Under the pieces are notes generated by a model that was not told the origin of the DNA, did no database searches, and saw only the letters and a list, made by a program, of their open reading frames with translations. Shown here one piece after another: positions 34,410 to 47,711 of a stretch of DNA of 64,000 nt; positions within the stretch are counted from its first letter, which is position 1, and the number at the start of each line of letters is the position of its first letter. Source of the stretch: Octopus sinensis (lineage: Eukaryota). The stretch lies in assembly GCF_006345805.1 (NCBI RefSeq), contig NW_021832396.1, positions 4,873 through 68,872 of the forward strand, written 5' to 3'. The position numbers were made by a program, and so were the translations under genes.

Positions 34410-36375
34410 GTGTCCCCAAAGTCCATCCCCTCCTCACCGTGGTGGGGACGCTGGCAACGGGTAGTGTCAGAGCTCTGCTGTCCGGAACCTCGATTCCTGG
34501 TAGAGCCACCAAAGGCAGATTGGTCTGACACTGAGTGGTATTAGGGCCACAACCCGGGACGCTAGCAATGGGTAGTGTCAGAACTATGCCGTCGGGAACT
34601 TCGGTTCATGGTAGGGCCACCCAAGGCAGATTGGTCTGACACCGAGTGGTATTAGGGCCACAACCCAGGACGCTAGCAATGGGTAGTGTAAGAGCTATGC
34701 CGTCGGGAACTTCGGTTCCTGGTAGGGCCACCCAAGGCAGATTGGTCCAACACCGAGTGGTATTAGGGCCACAACCCGGGACGCTAGCAATGGGTAGTGT
34801 CAGAGCTATGCCGTCGGGAACTTCGGCTCCTGGTAGGGCCACCCAAGGCAGATTGGTCTGACACCGAGTGGTATTAGGGCCACAACCTGGGACGCTAGCA
34901 ATGGGTAGTGTCAGAACTATGCCGTCGGGAACTTCGGTTCATGGTAGGGCCACCCAAGGTGGATTGGTCTGACACCGAGTGGTATTAGGGCCACAACCCA
35001 GGACGCTAGCAATGGGTAGTGTAAGAGCTATGCCGTCGGGAACTTCGGTTCCTGGTAGGGGCCACCAAGGCAGATTGGTCCAACACCGAGTGGTATTAGG
35101 GCCACAACCCGGGACGCTAGCAATGGGTAGTGTCAGAGCTATGCCGTCGGGAACTTCGGCTCCTGGTAGGGCCACCCAAGGCAGATTGGTCTGACACCGA
35201 GTGGTATTAGGGCCACAACCCGGGACGCTAGCACTGGGTAGTGTCAGAACTATGCCGTCGGGAACTTCGGTTCATGGTAGGGCCACCCAAGGCGGATTGG
35301 TCTGACACCGAGTGGTATTAGGGCCACAACCCAGGACGCTAGCAATGGGTAGTGTAAGAGCTATGCCGTCGGGAACTTCGGTTCCTGGTAGGGCCACCCA
35401 AGGCAGATTGGTCCAACACCGAGTGGTATTAGGGCCACAACCCGGGACGCTAGCAATGGGTAGTGTCAGAGCTATGCCGTCGGGAACTTCGGCTCCTGGT
35501 AGGGCCACCCAAGGCAGATTGGTCTGACACCGAGTGGTATTAGGGCCACAACCCGGGACGCTAGCAATGGGTAGTGTCAAAACTATGCCGTCGGGAACTT
35601 CGGTTCATGGTAGGGCCACCCAAGGCAGATTGGTCTGACACCGAGTGGTATTAGGGCCACAACCCAGGACGCTAGCAATGGGTAGTGTAAGAGCTATGCC
35701 GTCGGGAACTTCGGTTCCTGGTAGGGCCACCCAAGGCAGATTGGTCTGACACCGAGTGGTATTAGGGCCACAACCCGGGACGCTAGCAATGGGTACTGTC
35801 AGAGCTATGCCGTCGGGAACTTCGGTTCCTGGTAGGGGCCACCCAAAGCAGATTGGTCTGACACCGAGTGGTATTAGGGCCACAACCCGGGACGCTAGCA
35901 ATGGGTAGTGTCAGAGCTATGCCGTCGGGAACTTTGGTTCCTGGTAGGGCCACCCAAGGCATTTTGGTTTGACACCAAGTGGTATTAGGGTCACTACCCG
36001 GCAGACGGGGCTCTGGTGAAAATTCTCAGAGTGTCTGCTTCGGCAACCGGCGGCTCCTCGGTCGTTCTGTCCCTGCGTCTGCGGACAATCTGTGGCAAAC
36101 AGGATGTTCCTACATGTGGGATTGTTGGGGACCGCTTGTGAAATCAACATATTCCCACAAAACTTCTTCCGGAGGACCTCTCCATGCTCACGGGATCGCA
36201 GGTGGTCAGCGTGCGCCGATGGAACCGTGACTGGCTCACTATCTCCAGTGAATTGGCGCAGGACCGTCGTGCGTGGGGTGCCATGGTTCAAGATGCCTCA
36301 AGGGTGGTAGAAGAAGCCGAATCAACCGGCCCCGGATGAATGTCACCACAAGTACAAATACAAGTAAGTATACAA
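34410..36375 (+). mobile_element. Internally deleted RTE-like element whose 5' region is expanded into a 111-bp tandem array (about 34555-35990, 333-bp higher-order repeat)
   Basis: About 13 units of gggacgctagcaatgggtagtgtcagagctatgccgtcgggaac...; the 3' part encodes LAQDRRAWGAMV..* followed by a caagta-type tail (36345-36375). Single-unit copy at about 32908-33090. Confidence 0.7.
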
Positions 36376-36509
36376 GACAATCAAAAGAAAATAAGTTCTA
36401 TTTGAAGGGTGAACGATTTCAGAAGTTTTTTTTGCCAGACTATTTGAGTTTCCCTGTATTTCTAGCAGATTTCGTTGCAAAGAACTACAAGAAGGAAAGA
36501 CTGATGTTG

Positions 36510-36565
36510 TGAAAAATATTTTGGTGGACAAGATGTTGTTTTAGAAATTGACGAATCCAAGTTTA
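36510..36565 (+). mobile_element. Merlin/IS1595-like transposase motif remnant
   Basis: Translates KYFGGQDVVLEIDESKF, matching the GGxxxxVEIDESKF first catalytic motif; TGEC-like (accggcgagtgt) remnants recur in 30.9-38.1 kb. Confidence 0.55.
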
Positions 36566-38399
36566 TGCATTTGATGCCACAAATCTTTACACGATAAGAA
36601 AATTTCTTCGAAATAGGCCAAGTAAAAGAAAGTTCTTTCTTGCATTGGCGTCTCAAACTTAAGACAACACAACAAATGGAGATTGATAAACATTATAGAT
36701 TGGTGCAGTCAAAAATATTTTAATAGTGTGAAGTGGGGAATGAAATTAAACCATGAAATGCTTTGTAAAGAAAATGAGAAGTGAAATATAGACCAGCAAC
36801 AACCGGGGAGTGTGGTTCTATTCTTAATGTACTTGGATAAGATTATAAAGAAAATTAAGCAAGGTGACTTAAAATATGAGAAAATTTCTTCGAAATAGGC
36901 CAAGTAAAAGAAAGTTCTTTCTTGCATTGGTGTCTCAAACTTAAGACAACACAAGAAATGGAGGTTGTTGAAGTTGTTCTGCTTTATGTTGTCACAAAAT
37001 ATGGCCAAGTGACAGGTCAAGGAAATGATGCCACAAATCTTTACACAAGACAATCCAAATAAAAAAGGGCTGCTCTATTGTAAGAGTGACCCATTTTAGA
37101 AGTTTTTCTTTGGACAATTTTGGTTTCCTTCTATTTCTAGCATCTTTTCCTCGCAAAGAAACGGAGGTTGATAACATTGCATATTGATGTTGTGAAAAAT
37201 GTTTTAGGGGTCATGGAAGGAAACCATTAAAGGACTTGTGAAACAAAACAGAAGTGAAATATAGGCAAGCAACAAGCGGCAAGTGTGCTTCTATCATTTA
37301 TGAATTATTTACATCTGTAGTTTAATAAGATTATACAGAAAACTTAGGAAGGGGACTAATTATATCAAAACATTTATCAAAAGAAATCCAGATAAAGTAT
37401 TGGCTTCTCAAAGTTGATGAACATTGAAAATGTTGCAAATTTTATCCAAAATCCTCCAAAGATGCTCTCTGTATTGGTTGGCAAATATTTTGCAATAATA
37501 ACATCCAAGAGATCAAAGGTGACATTGAAGATGTCAGAAACGGAATAAAAACACATCACATTGTTTTAGCTTTCAAATGACAGATTTATCACAAAATCGA
37601 CATTCAAAACAAAACATCCAGCTCAAGTTATGGCTTCGGGTGTTGTGGCTTCCGATGGAAAGAAAATTCCTATAAAATTCTACAAAGCTGATGAAAAGAT
37701 CAATGTTAATACTTACTAAAAGACTCAGAGATACCAGGTATTGACATGGCTTAATTTTATCCAAAATCCTCCAAAGATGCTCTCTGTATTGGCTGACAAA
37801 TATTTTGCTCTAATAAAATCAATGAAATCAAACGTGACATTGAAGATGTTACAAATGGAATAAAAACACATCCAGAAGCAATAAGTGCTTCTGCTTTAGA
37901 GTGTCGCAAAATGTGACCTTGTCGCAGGTCAAAGATATGATGCCACGAAACATTAAACAAAGGAACTCAAACAATCCAAGCGGTTTGTGTTTAAGTGTGA
38001 TTCATTATATAAGCTCTTTGTCGGATCATTTTAGCTTCCTTCTACTTCTAATGCTTTTGCAAAAAGCAAAAGAGAAGTGAAATATAGACAAGCAACAAGC
38101 GGCAAGTGTGCTTCTATTCTATCATTTATGAATCCTTCACTTCTGTAGTTTGATAAGATTATACGGAAAACTGAGGAAGGGCACTTTATTCATATCAAAA
38201 GATTTATCAAAAACCTGATAAACACAAAATGTTCTCAGTATTGGCTTCTAAACGCCGAGCAACAGCATCACATTAAGTCAAGATGACATTGAAGATGTTT
38301 CAAAATTTATCGATAGACATCTAGATAAATCTATTTGTCTTTATTACCAATGCAAAACGTCTGCTCATTGGTCAACAAACGGATGTTGTATACGCTTTA

Positions 38400-39350
38400 T
38401 AAAAAAGCAACTGGAAAACACATCACCACGACGGATTCGGTGGAGGTGTGGGCAGTCAAGTTTAAGGTTGACCCCCTCCAGAAGTAACCAAAAAGAGGAC
38501 AGCGGTTTATAGAACACTGTCCATAAGCTGTAAAAAGATTGAGATAGCTTTGGAAGAAGCTATAGAGAAATGTCTGGAAGAAGTAAGGAGTGTTGCAACG
38601 TTCTACACTCACTCCATTGTGATGCTGAGGTCGCGAGAATGGGTATGCCTGCCGACCTACTGTGGCAGAAGAGTCACGAGAATTAGGATAGGCAGGGTAC
38701 CACCAGAAATTGAAGAAGTGTGGCAGCAGTGATGCACAGAACCCACAAAGATGTAAAGATATTAAAAGTGGCAAGAACAAAGAAAACGAATTGCTGGGGT
38801 TATGGCCTGGAAATGGTCATCCAGGCCACCCAGCAAGACCTGAATGAAATAGCAGAAGAGGTGTTGCTGCCGGAAAACAGAGTTCATAGTGGTGGTAGAA
38901 GGGTGACCTCCAACATGCTACCGCTGTGGAGAAAAGGGGCACATCAAAATAAAGTGCCCCCGGAAAAACAATGAAACCAGCATGAACAAAGTCAGCGTAG
39001 CAAAATGAAAAACGCAGCGTAGGTGGAGTGTATGGAAGATACAGAAGAAGAGGGATTTACAGAAGGGCCCAAAAGAACAAGAAAGGAAATAGATACAGCC
39101 CTGAAGAGTCCAAGCATTTACTGCAAAGACAGACAGAAAGGTGATTATACATGTGCAGCAAATGCTGTAAGTGTGAGTGGCCACCTGCACCCATAGAAGT
39201 GACACAAGTTGGTGCTCCAGCAAGAAATTGGAAAAGTCTCATCTGCTTGGAGTAGCACCCTTTTCCTCCAAACTGGGGATGAGGAAAAGAGGTCAAATAA
39301 CTGACATCACAACGGGGTCTAGCGACTCTGCTCAGGTAATGGACTTGGCT
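38400..39350 (+). pseudogene. Degenerate ORF1 (gag-like) of an L1/Tx1-type LINE
   Basis: VVEG*PPTCYRCGEKGHIKIKC = CX2CX4HX4C zinc knuckle at 38916-38957; upstream RIRIGRVPPEI segment; frameshifts. Confidence 0.7.
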
Positions 39351-40739
39351 GCAATTTATAATGTAAGCATATCCATGTTTATGCCTGGAAAATATAGAAT
39401 CATATAATGAGGAAGATGAAATTACGAATCAAATCAAGAGCTAAAAGCACTTACTCTTATTCCTTATAATGGAGGTCCTATCAGGACGTCTCCAGATGGC
39501 ATCGTTCCTTATGAAGCTCATGAGTGAGAGTTTATCAAACATGTCTCAGAGTCTCATCAAATAAAACCAGATGAGAGCAGAAATTGGAAGTTTCTCATTG
39601 AAATATGAAGACGAAGAAATTACAAACTAAATCAAGAGCCAAACACTGTTATTCTTATTGTTCTTGTAGTCGATAACGGGTCCGTCAGACTCAAAACAAA
39701 TGACAGATAACGTAAGATATGTTGGCTGCCCATATCATTATATGTCCCCCACATTATGAATGCATGATCCGACAGTGTGGTTTATACATTCTAGAGACAC
39801 TGTTTTTTTGTCTCTGCATACAAAGTTAGGCAGCACCTGCACATCTTATGTATTCACTGCCCTTCCATAGGATGTCCTGTTGGAGATCCAGGACTTGATT
39901 ACATCTCCGGATGACACTGTTCCTTATGGAACTCCCCAAGTGAGAGTTTATCAAGCCTAACTCAGAGTCTCATCAAATAAAAGCAGGAGATGAGAGCAGA
40001 GGAAGTAGTTTGATGTTTGTCATTAAAATATGAAGAAGAGGAAATCACGAACTAAATCAGTTGTTCTAATTGTACTGGTAGTTGATAATGGGTCCATCAG
40101 ACTCAAAACAAATGACAGATAACGTAAGATATACTGGCTGCCCATATGTTTGTCATTGAAATATGAAGAAGAGGAAATCACGAACCAAGTCAACAGCTAA
40201 AAATGCAAAGTGTCATTGTTCTTGTAGCTGATAATGGTTCCATCAGACTCAAATCAAAAGAGATGACTAAGATAAAACAAGATCAACAGAGGAAATAAAA
40301 AATAATCCTCCTATTGTCGCTTCAACGGCCAGGAAGAGCCTCATGGAAAGACAGGAAACGGGTGGACCAGAGCAGTATTGAACCCATGGATTCTATGATC
40401 GGGTGAGAAAAATGGTTGCACATGCAATTGAAGCGAGGACTATAGTTACTCCAAAGGACACGTGTTGTAAGTTCAATAACAAAATATACCTCCGGGAAGA
40501 TTGGTGCAGCCATGGGGCCCCAGCCAGCTCGTAATGGCATGGTGGGACGGTGGCCTGAAAGAAAATATGTCAAGTGAGACATTTTATGAGTGTGTACAGT
40601 TATATACTGACGAATGGTCCAGTTATGTTGAACAGTTCCCACACCATAAAAAAATTGGGTGCCTGCTTCCATGCATCTCACAGAGATACGGAACCCTCAA
40701 CCGATTCTTGGCGGTGGTGATGAGATTTTTTCTTGGGGA

Positions 40740-42700
40740 TGGGGGGGTCACTTGTCTATCCAACTGGATGCCTCCTCGGGGCCAGTTCTGCAGACTACAC
40801 ACTTGTTTGAAGGACACCCTGAACGGGCTGTAAATAAACAAACTCAACTCGGAGGCCTTGGTCGGACAAAAGAAGAATTTAAACAGAATGGGGGGGGGGT
40901 CAATTGTCTGTCCAACTGGATGCCTCCTCGGGGCCAGTTCTGTGGCCCACACACTTGTTTGAAGGACACCCTGAAGGGGCTGTAAATAAACAAACTCAAC
41001 TCGGAGGCCTTGGTCGGACAAAAGAAGAATTTCAACAACAGGATGGCGGGGGGGGTCACTTGTCTATCCAACTGGATGCCTCCTCGGGGCCAGTTCTGTG
41101 GCCCACACACTTGTTTGAAGGACACCTGAAGGGGCTGTAAATAAACAAACTCAACTCGGAGGCCTGGTCGGACACAAAGAAGAATTTTAACAGGATGGGG
41201 GGGGGGTCACTAGTCTATCCAACTGGATGCCTCCTCGGGGCCAGTTCTGTGGCCCACACACTTGTTTGAAGGAACCCTGAAGGGGCTGTAAATAAACAAA
41301 CTCAACTCGGAGGCCTGGTCGGACAAAAGAAGAATTTAAACAGGATGGGGGGGGGTCACTTGTCTATCCAACTGGATGCCTCATCGGGGCCAGTTCTGTG
41401 GCCCACACACTTGTTTGAAGGACACCCTGAAGGGGCTGTAAATAAACAAACTCAACTCGGAGGCCTTGGTCGGACAAAAGAAGAATTTAAACAGGATGGG
41501 GGGGGGTCACTTGTCTGTCCAACTGGATGCCTCCTCGGGGCCAGTTCTGTGGCCCACACACTTGTTTGAAGGACACCCTGAAGGGGCTGTAAATAAACAA
41601 ACTCAACTCGGAGGCCTTGGTCGGACAAAAGAAGAATTTAAACAGGATGGGGGGGGGGTCACTTGTCTATCCAACTGGATGCCTCCTCGGGGCCAGTTCT
41701 GTGGCCCACACACTTGTTTGAAGGACACCCTGAAGGGGCTGTAAATAAACAAACTCAACTTGGAGGCCTTGGTCGGACAAAAGAAGAATTTCAACAGGAT
41801 GGGGGGGCCACTTGTCTGTCCAACTGGATGCCTCCTCGGGGCCAGTTCTGCGGCCCACACACTTGTTTGAAGGACACCCTGAAGGGGCTGTAAATAAACA
41901 AACTCAACTCGGAGGCCTTGGTTGGACAAAGAAAATTTCAACAGGATGGGGGGGTCACTTGTCTGTCCCACTGGATGCCTCCTCGGGGCCAGTTCTGTGG
42001 CCCACACATTTGTTTGAAAGACACCCTGAAGGGGCTTTGTAATAAACAAACTCAACTCGGAGGCCTTGGTCGGACAAAGAAGAATTTCAACAGGATGGGG
42101 GGGGGGGGGTCACTGTCTGTCCAACTGGATGCCTCCTCGGGGCCAGTTTCTGCGTCCCACACACTTGTTTGAAGGACACCCTGAAGGGGCTGTAAATAAC
42201 AAACTCAACTCGAGGCCTTGGTCGGACAAAAGAAGAATTTAAACAGGAGGGGGGGGGCACTTGTCTGTCCAACTGGATGCCTCCTCGGGGCCAGTTCTGC
42301 GGCCCACACACTTGTTTGAAGGACACCCTGAAGGGGCTGTAAATAAACAAACTCAACTCGGAGGCCTTGGTCGGACAAAAGAAGAATTTAAACAGGATGG
42401 GGGGGGGGGGCACTTGTCTGTCCAACTGGATGCCTCCTCGGGGCAAGTTCTGTGGCCCACACACTTGTTTGAAGGACACCCTGAAGGGGCTGTAAATAAA
42501 CAAACTCAACTCGGAGGCCTTGGTCGGACAAAAGAAGAATTTAAACAGGATGGGGGGGGTCACTTGTCTATCCAACTGGATGCCTCCTCGGGGCCAGTTC
42601 TGTGGCCCACACACTTGTTTGAAGGACACCCTGAAGGGGCTGTAAATAAACAAACTCAACTCGGAGGCCTTGGTCGGACAAAAGAAGAACTTCAACAGAA
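40740..42700. repeat. About 150-bp tandem satellite, about 13 copies, each with a variable poly-G run and aataaa
   Basis: ccaactggatgcctcctcggggccagttctg recurs at a period of about 150 bp from 40760 to 42571. Confidence 0.95.
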
Positions 42701-43489
42701 TGGACTGGCAAACCTGGATTGCAGAGGGTTACAACCACACCACCACCAAGAGTTTTGCTTCAGTATGGGACCCAACAGAAAAATGTCTCGTCAGGTACAA
42801 CAATTTTTACTGATAAATGAGCCAGTTACAAAGGGCCTTTCACCAAACTCGGCGCCTACATTCACCAAACAGTGAGTCATGCCAAGAATTTCTTGGTTCC
42901 AGACAATGAAGCATGCACCAGCCGTATTTAGACCTATTCATCTCATGAAAACATTAATTGATGAAATTAATTATTCACAATGCCGACAGCTCCATAAAGT
43001 GCCAATCTCTCAAAGTGGAAGATTTAGGATTGAGACTGCCGGTGCCTTGTTGTACTCAAGAAGACCCATACCTCACAGCAGAATTGCTAAGACCAAGTGG
43101 TGTAAAGCATTCATGGAAGTCAGGAGGCAGTGTTTGCAGTGGCGCATTAACAAACCTGTGTGGTGCCACATAAAAGTGCCAGTGTGGTGTCGCATAAAAA
43201 GCGGCCCATGCTACCAAGATCCACCAACAAAACTGATCTAGCGTGGACCTACAATCAGATACCCATCTAACCTGCTGATGTTCCAAACACAGCAATTGCC
43301 ACGCCCTTCAGACTGAGTTTTTGTGGATGCCCTTCAGCTTCCAGAATGCGGCACAGACATTTCAATGCTTTATAGACACCGTCAAAAATTGTCTCATTAA
43401 ATAAATGGTTGTTTTTGCATAATAAGAATTTTTATAGAACCTAATAATCTAGGACGGTAATAAATGATGCCTGTAAACAAAAATAGCCT

Positions 43490-44310
43490 TTGTTTCTTTA
43501 CTACCCTCAAGGGGCTAAACAGAGAGGGGACAGACAAGGACAGACAAACGGATTAAATTGATTATATCGACCCCAGTGTGTAACTAGTACTTAATTTATC
43601 GACCCCAGTGAGAAACTGGTAGTTAATTTATTGACACCAGTGTGTAACTGGTACTTAATTTATCGACCCCAGTGTGAAACTGGTAGTTAATTTATTGACA
43701 CCAGTGCGTAACTGGTACTTAATTTAACGACTCCAGTGAGAAACTGGTAGTTAATTTATTGACACCAGTGTGTAACTGGTACTTAATTTAACGACCCCAG
43801 TGAGAAACTGGTAGTTAATTTATTGACACCAGTGTGTAACTGGTACTTAATTTATCGACCCCAGTGAGAAACTGGTAGTCAATTTATTGACACCAGTGCG
43901 TAACTGGTACTTAATTTAACGACCCCAGTGAGAAACTGGTAGTTAATTTATTGACACCAGTGTGTAACTGGTACTTAATTTAACGACCCCAGTGAGAAAC
44001 TGGTAGTCAATTTATTGACACCAGTGCGTAACTGGTACTTATAAATGAGCCAGTTAATTTATCGACCCCAGTGAGAAACTGGTAGTCAATTTATTGACAC
44101 CAGTGCGTAACTGGTACTTAATTTATCGACCCCAGTGAGAAACTGGTAGTCAATTTATTGACACCAGTGTGTAACTGGTACGTAATTTATCGACCCCAAA
44201 AGGATGAAAGGCAAAGTCGACCTCGGCAGAATTTGAACTCAGAACATAACGGCAGACAAAATACAGCTACGCATTTCACCCGGTGTGCTAATGCTTCTGC
44301 CAGCTCGACG
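43490..44310 (-). mobile_element. SINE A with an internal 32-bp unit amplified about 20 times as an alternating dimer (about 43567-44195)
   Basis: Both SINE ends are intact around alternating ttaatttatcgaccccagtgagaaactggtag / ttaatttattgacaccagtgtgtaactggtac. Confidence 0.9.
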
Positions 44311-44402
44311 TCCTATTGTTTCATTTCATACCATTGGTGGATTAGATTTATTTTGGTACAATACATGTAGACAGGTATTATCATCCCGCAGTGGAAAATA
44401 TC

Positions 44403-45612
44403 TGCGTCCCCAAAGTCCATCCCCTCCTCACCGTAGCGGGGATGCTGGCAATGGGCAGTGTCAGAGCTATGCTATCGGGGAACTTCGGTTCCTGGTAGGG
44501 CCACAACCCGGGATGCTAGCAATGGGTAGTGTCAGAGCTATGCCGTCGGGAACTTCGGTTCCTGGTAGGGCCACCCGAGGCGGATTTGTCTGACACCGTG
44601 TGGTATTAGGGCCACAACCCGGGACGCTAGCAATGGGCAGTGTCAGAGCTATGCTGTCGGGGAACTTCGGTTCCTGGTAGGGCCACAACCCGGGATGATA
44701 GCAACGGGTAGTGTCAGAGCTATGCCGTCGGGAACTTTGGTTCCTGGTAGGGCCACCCGAAGCGGATTTGTCTGACACCGAGTGGTATTAGGGCCACAAC
44801 CCGGGACGCTAGCAATGGGCAGTGTCAGAGCTATGCCGTCGGGAACTTCGGTTCCTGGTAGGGCCACCCGAGGCGGATTTGTCTGACACCGTGTGGTATT
44901 AGGGCCACAACCCGGGACGCTAGCAATGGGCAGTGTCAGAGCTATGCTGTCGGGGAACTTTGGTTCCTGGTAGGGCCACAACCCGGGATGCTAGCAATGG
45001 GTAGTGTCAGAGCTATGCCGTCGGGAACTTCGGTTCCTGGTAGGGCCACCCGAGGCGGATTTGTCTGACACCGTGTGGTATTAGGGCCACAACCCGGGAC
45101 GCTAGCAATGGGCAGTGTCAGAGCTATGCTGTCGGGGAACTTCGGTTCCTGGTAGGGCCACAACCCGGGATGCCAGCAATGGGTAGTGTCAGAGCTATGC
45201 CGTCGGGAACATCGGTTCCTGGTAGGGCCACCCGAAGCGGATTTGTCTGACACCGAGTGGTATTAGGGCCACAACCCGGGACGCTAGCAATGAGCAGTGT
45301 CAGAGCTATGCCGTCGGGAACATCGGTTCCTGGTAGGGCCACCCGAAGCGGATTTGTCTGACACCGAGTGGTATTAGGGCCACAACCCGGGACGCTAGCA
45401 ATGGGCAGTGTCAGAGCTATGCCGTCGGGAACTTCGGTTCCTGGTAGGGCCACCCGAGGCGGATTTGTCTGACACCGTGTGGTATTAGGGCCACAACCCG
45501 GGACGCTAGCAATGGGCAGTGTCAGAGCTATGCCGTCGGGAACTTCGGTTCCTGGTAGGGCCACCCGAGGTGGATTTGTCTGACACTGAATGGTATTAGG
45601 GCCACAACCCGG
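44403..45612 (+). repeat. Second array of the 111-bp family, mixing full units with short deletion units
   Basis: Same leader (gtccccaaagtccatcccctcctcaccg) and unit as 34410-35990; short units join ggtagggccac directly to aacccggg. Confidence 0.92.
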
Positions 45613-47149
45613 CCCTAATTAGATGAATGAGACACATCACGAAAACGACTGCAAATAGATATTCAAGACGACGACACGGAAAGCAAAGACCCTGCAATAA
45701 CAGAAATACTTAAAGATATACATCAATGGAAATAGTAGTTGTGATACCGATCGTGGCTGTTTGCCAGCCTCGTCTGGCCCCCGTGCTGGTGGCATGTAAA
45801 AAGCACCATCCGATCGTCGCCGTTTGCCAACCTCGTCTGGCACCTATGCAGGTGGCACGTAAAAAGCACCCACTACACTCATGGAGTGGTTGGCGTTAGG
45901 AAGGGCATCCAGCTGTAGAAACACTGCCAGATCAGACTGGAGCCTGGTGCAGCCTTCTGGCTTCCCAGACCCCAGTTGAACCGTCCAACCCATGCTAGCA
46001 TGGAAAACGGACCTTAAACGATGATGATGATGATACCTACATCATTTGAAGATGATTGTCATGAACTCCATGGTAGTACACAAGTATCCCCTTTTTTATA
46101 GCCCCCCCCCCCACATGTAGACTAGATCCAAATTAAGAAGGACAACACTGCATAAAAGATCAACACAGGAATTTGGCACTGATTATTTTTATGGGATCTT
46201 TTCCGTTTGAACGGCAGTTTTTAACATAATTTCTAGGTAACTAAACACTTTTAAACTTCGTATACTGGTAGAATGTGTTTATAAAACATCATTTTTTTCT
46301 TGGCTTTATTGAGAAAATTCTATAGTTTGTAAGATATTTGGGTCTTTTCGGTTTGACCGGCAGTTTTTTAAAATAATTTCCACGTAACTAAACACTTTTA
46401 AACTTCGTATACTGGTAGAATGTGTTTATAAAACATCTTTTTCTCTTGGCTTTATTGAGAAAATTCTATAGTTTGTAAGATATTTCGTCTGAAAATCCAA
46501 GCATTTTGGCAATTTTAACCAATCGATTACCTCCATTGAACTAAAATCATTTGCTGCATCTAAAACTGAAACAACATCCTGTAACTAACCCTAACCCTAA
46601 TTTTTTTTTCTTAATTGTTAATTGTTTAAATTATTTGAGGGTTAGTGACAGGATGTTGTCTCAGTTTTAGACGCAGCAAATGATTTTAGCTCAAAAGAGA
46701 GCACAGGATTTAGTATTTCTAAATTGAATTTTTCCCTGTAAGTTAGGAATAATGTTCCCTCAAATTATTATTATTATTATATATATATATAGAGAGAGAG
46801 AAACAAATACTGGCACATTTTTTTGAGGGGATATCAACTCATTTGTCAGCATATTTCTGTTGAAATACATTGCCACAGTTTCAACTAATTAAAAAAAAAA
46901 TGTAATTGTGAAAAATAATTTTGTCATTATTAAGCTGGTGTAATTAACAAATTAGTTTGAATTTTGGGCAATTTAAAAAAAAAAAAACTTGAAAAAAAAA
47001 ACAATGAATTTGTATCGTAGAACCAAGATGGGGATGTAGGTATCAAAATTAATTAAACCAAACTGTTAATTAATAGAGTTAAAATTTTCATTAATGACTT
47101 AACTTTGGAAATCGTTATTGGACTAATCAACTTTTGTTATATTTAACTC

Positions 47150-47530
47150 CTTTGTTTTAGTCATTTGTCTGCGGCCATGCTGGAGCACCGCCTTTAAGCG
47201 AGCACATCGACCCCGGGACTTATTCTTTGTAAGCCCAGTACTTATTCTATCGGTCACTTTTGCCGAACCGCTAAGTCACGGGGACGAAAACACACCAGCA
47301 TCGGTTGTCAAGTGATGTTGCGGGGACAAACAGACACACAAACATATACACGCACATACATATATATGACGGGCTTCTTTCAGTTTCCATCTACCAAATC
47401 CACTCACAAGGCTTTGGTCGGCCCAAGGGTATAGTAGAAGACACTCGCTCAAGGTGCAACGCAGTGGGACTGAACCCGGAACCATGTGGTTCGTAAGCAA
47501 GCTACTTAACACACAGCCACTCCTGCACCT
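47150..47530 (-). mobile_element. SINE B full length; further copies at 48280-48750 (+, rearranged), 50465-50865 (-), 59165-59450 (+ head), 60170-60910 (-, interrupted) and 63090-63300 (-)
   Basis: Identity to 61041-61440. Confidence 0.88.
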
Positions 47531-47711
47531 ATATGAGTCTGTTAATTAAAGTCAACTTGAGTTTACTTATGTTAACTTCAATTTAATTGAAGTTAATGGA
47601 TTTAATAGTTTTGGTACTTTTATAAAGGTGTTTTTAGGTGGGGTTTTTTTGAGCAAAAACGTATTTTTCGTTTTTTCTATAATATAAATGACGTTAACAA
47701 TTTATTGATAA

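Larger units (their letters stand above)
29880..38300. repeat. Mosaic of locally duplicated blocks containing decayed DNA-transposon sequence
   Basis: Block pairs: 29880-30160 ~ 31570-31850; 30370-30900 ~ 37560-38100; 31180-31510 ~ 33686-34010; 32490-33060 ~ 33985-34560; 31840-32470 ~ 37330-37940. Confidence 0.85.

Noticed and set aside
34606-35901. Repeating ORFs on both strands (ALPGTEVPDGIALTLPIAS...; also in the 40.7-42.7 and 44.4-45.6 kb arrays)
   Set aside because: By-products of GC-rich tandem units; interrupted by stops and 1-bp indels; no splice support.
42700-43350. 120-aa and 71-aa ORFs after the 150-bp satellite
   Set aside because: No motif I can identify with confidence; most likely decayed LINE sequence.
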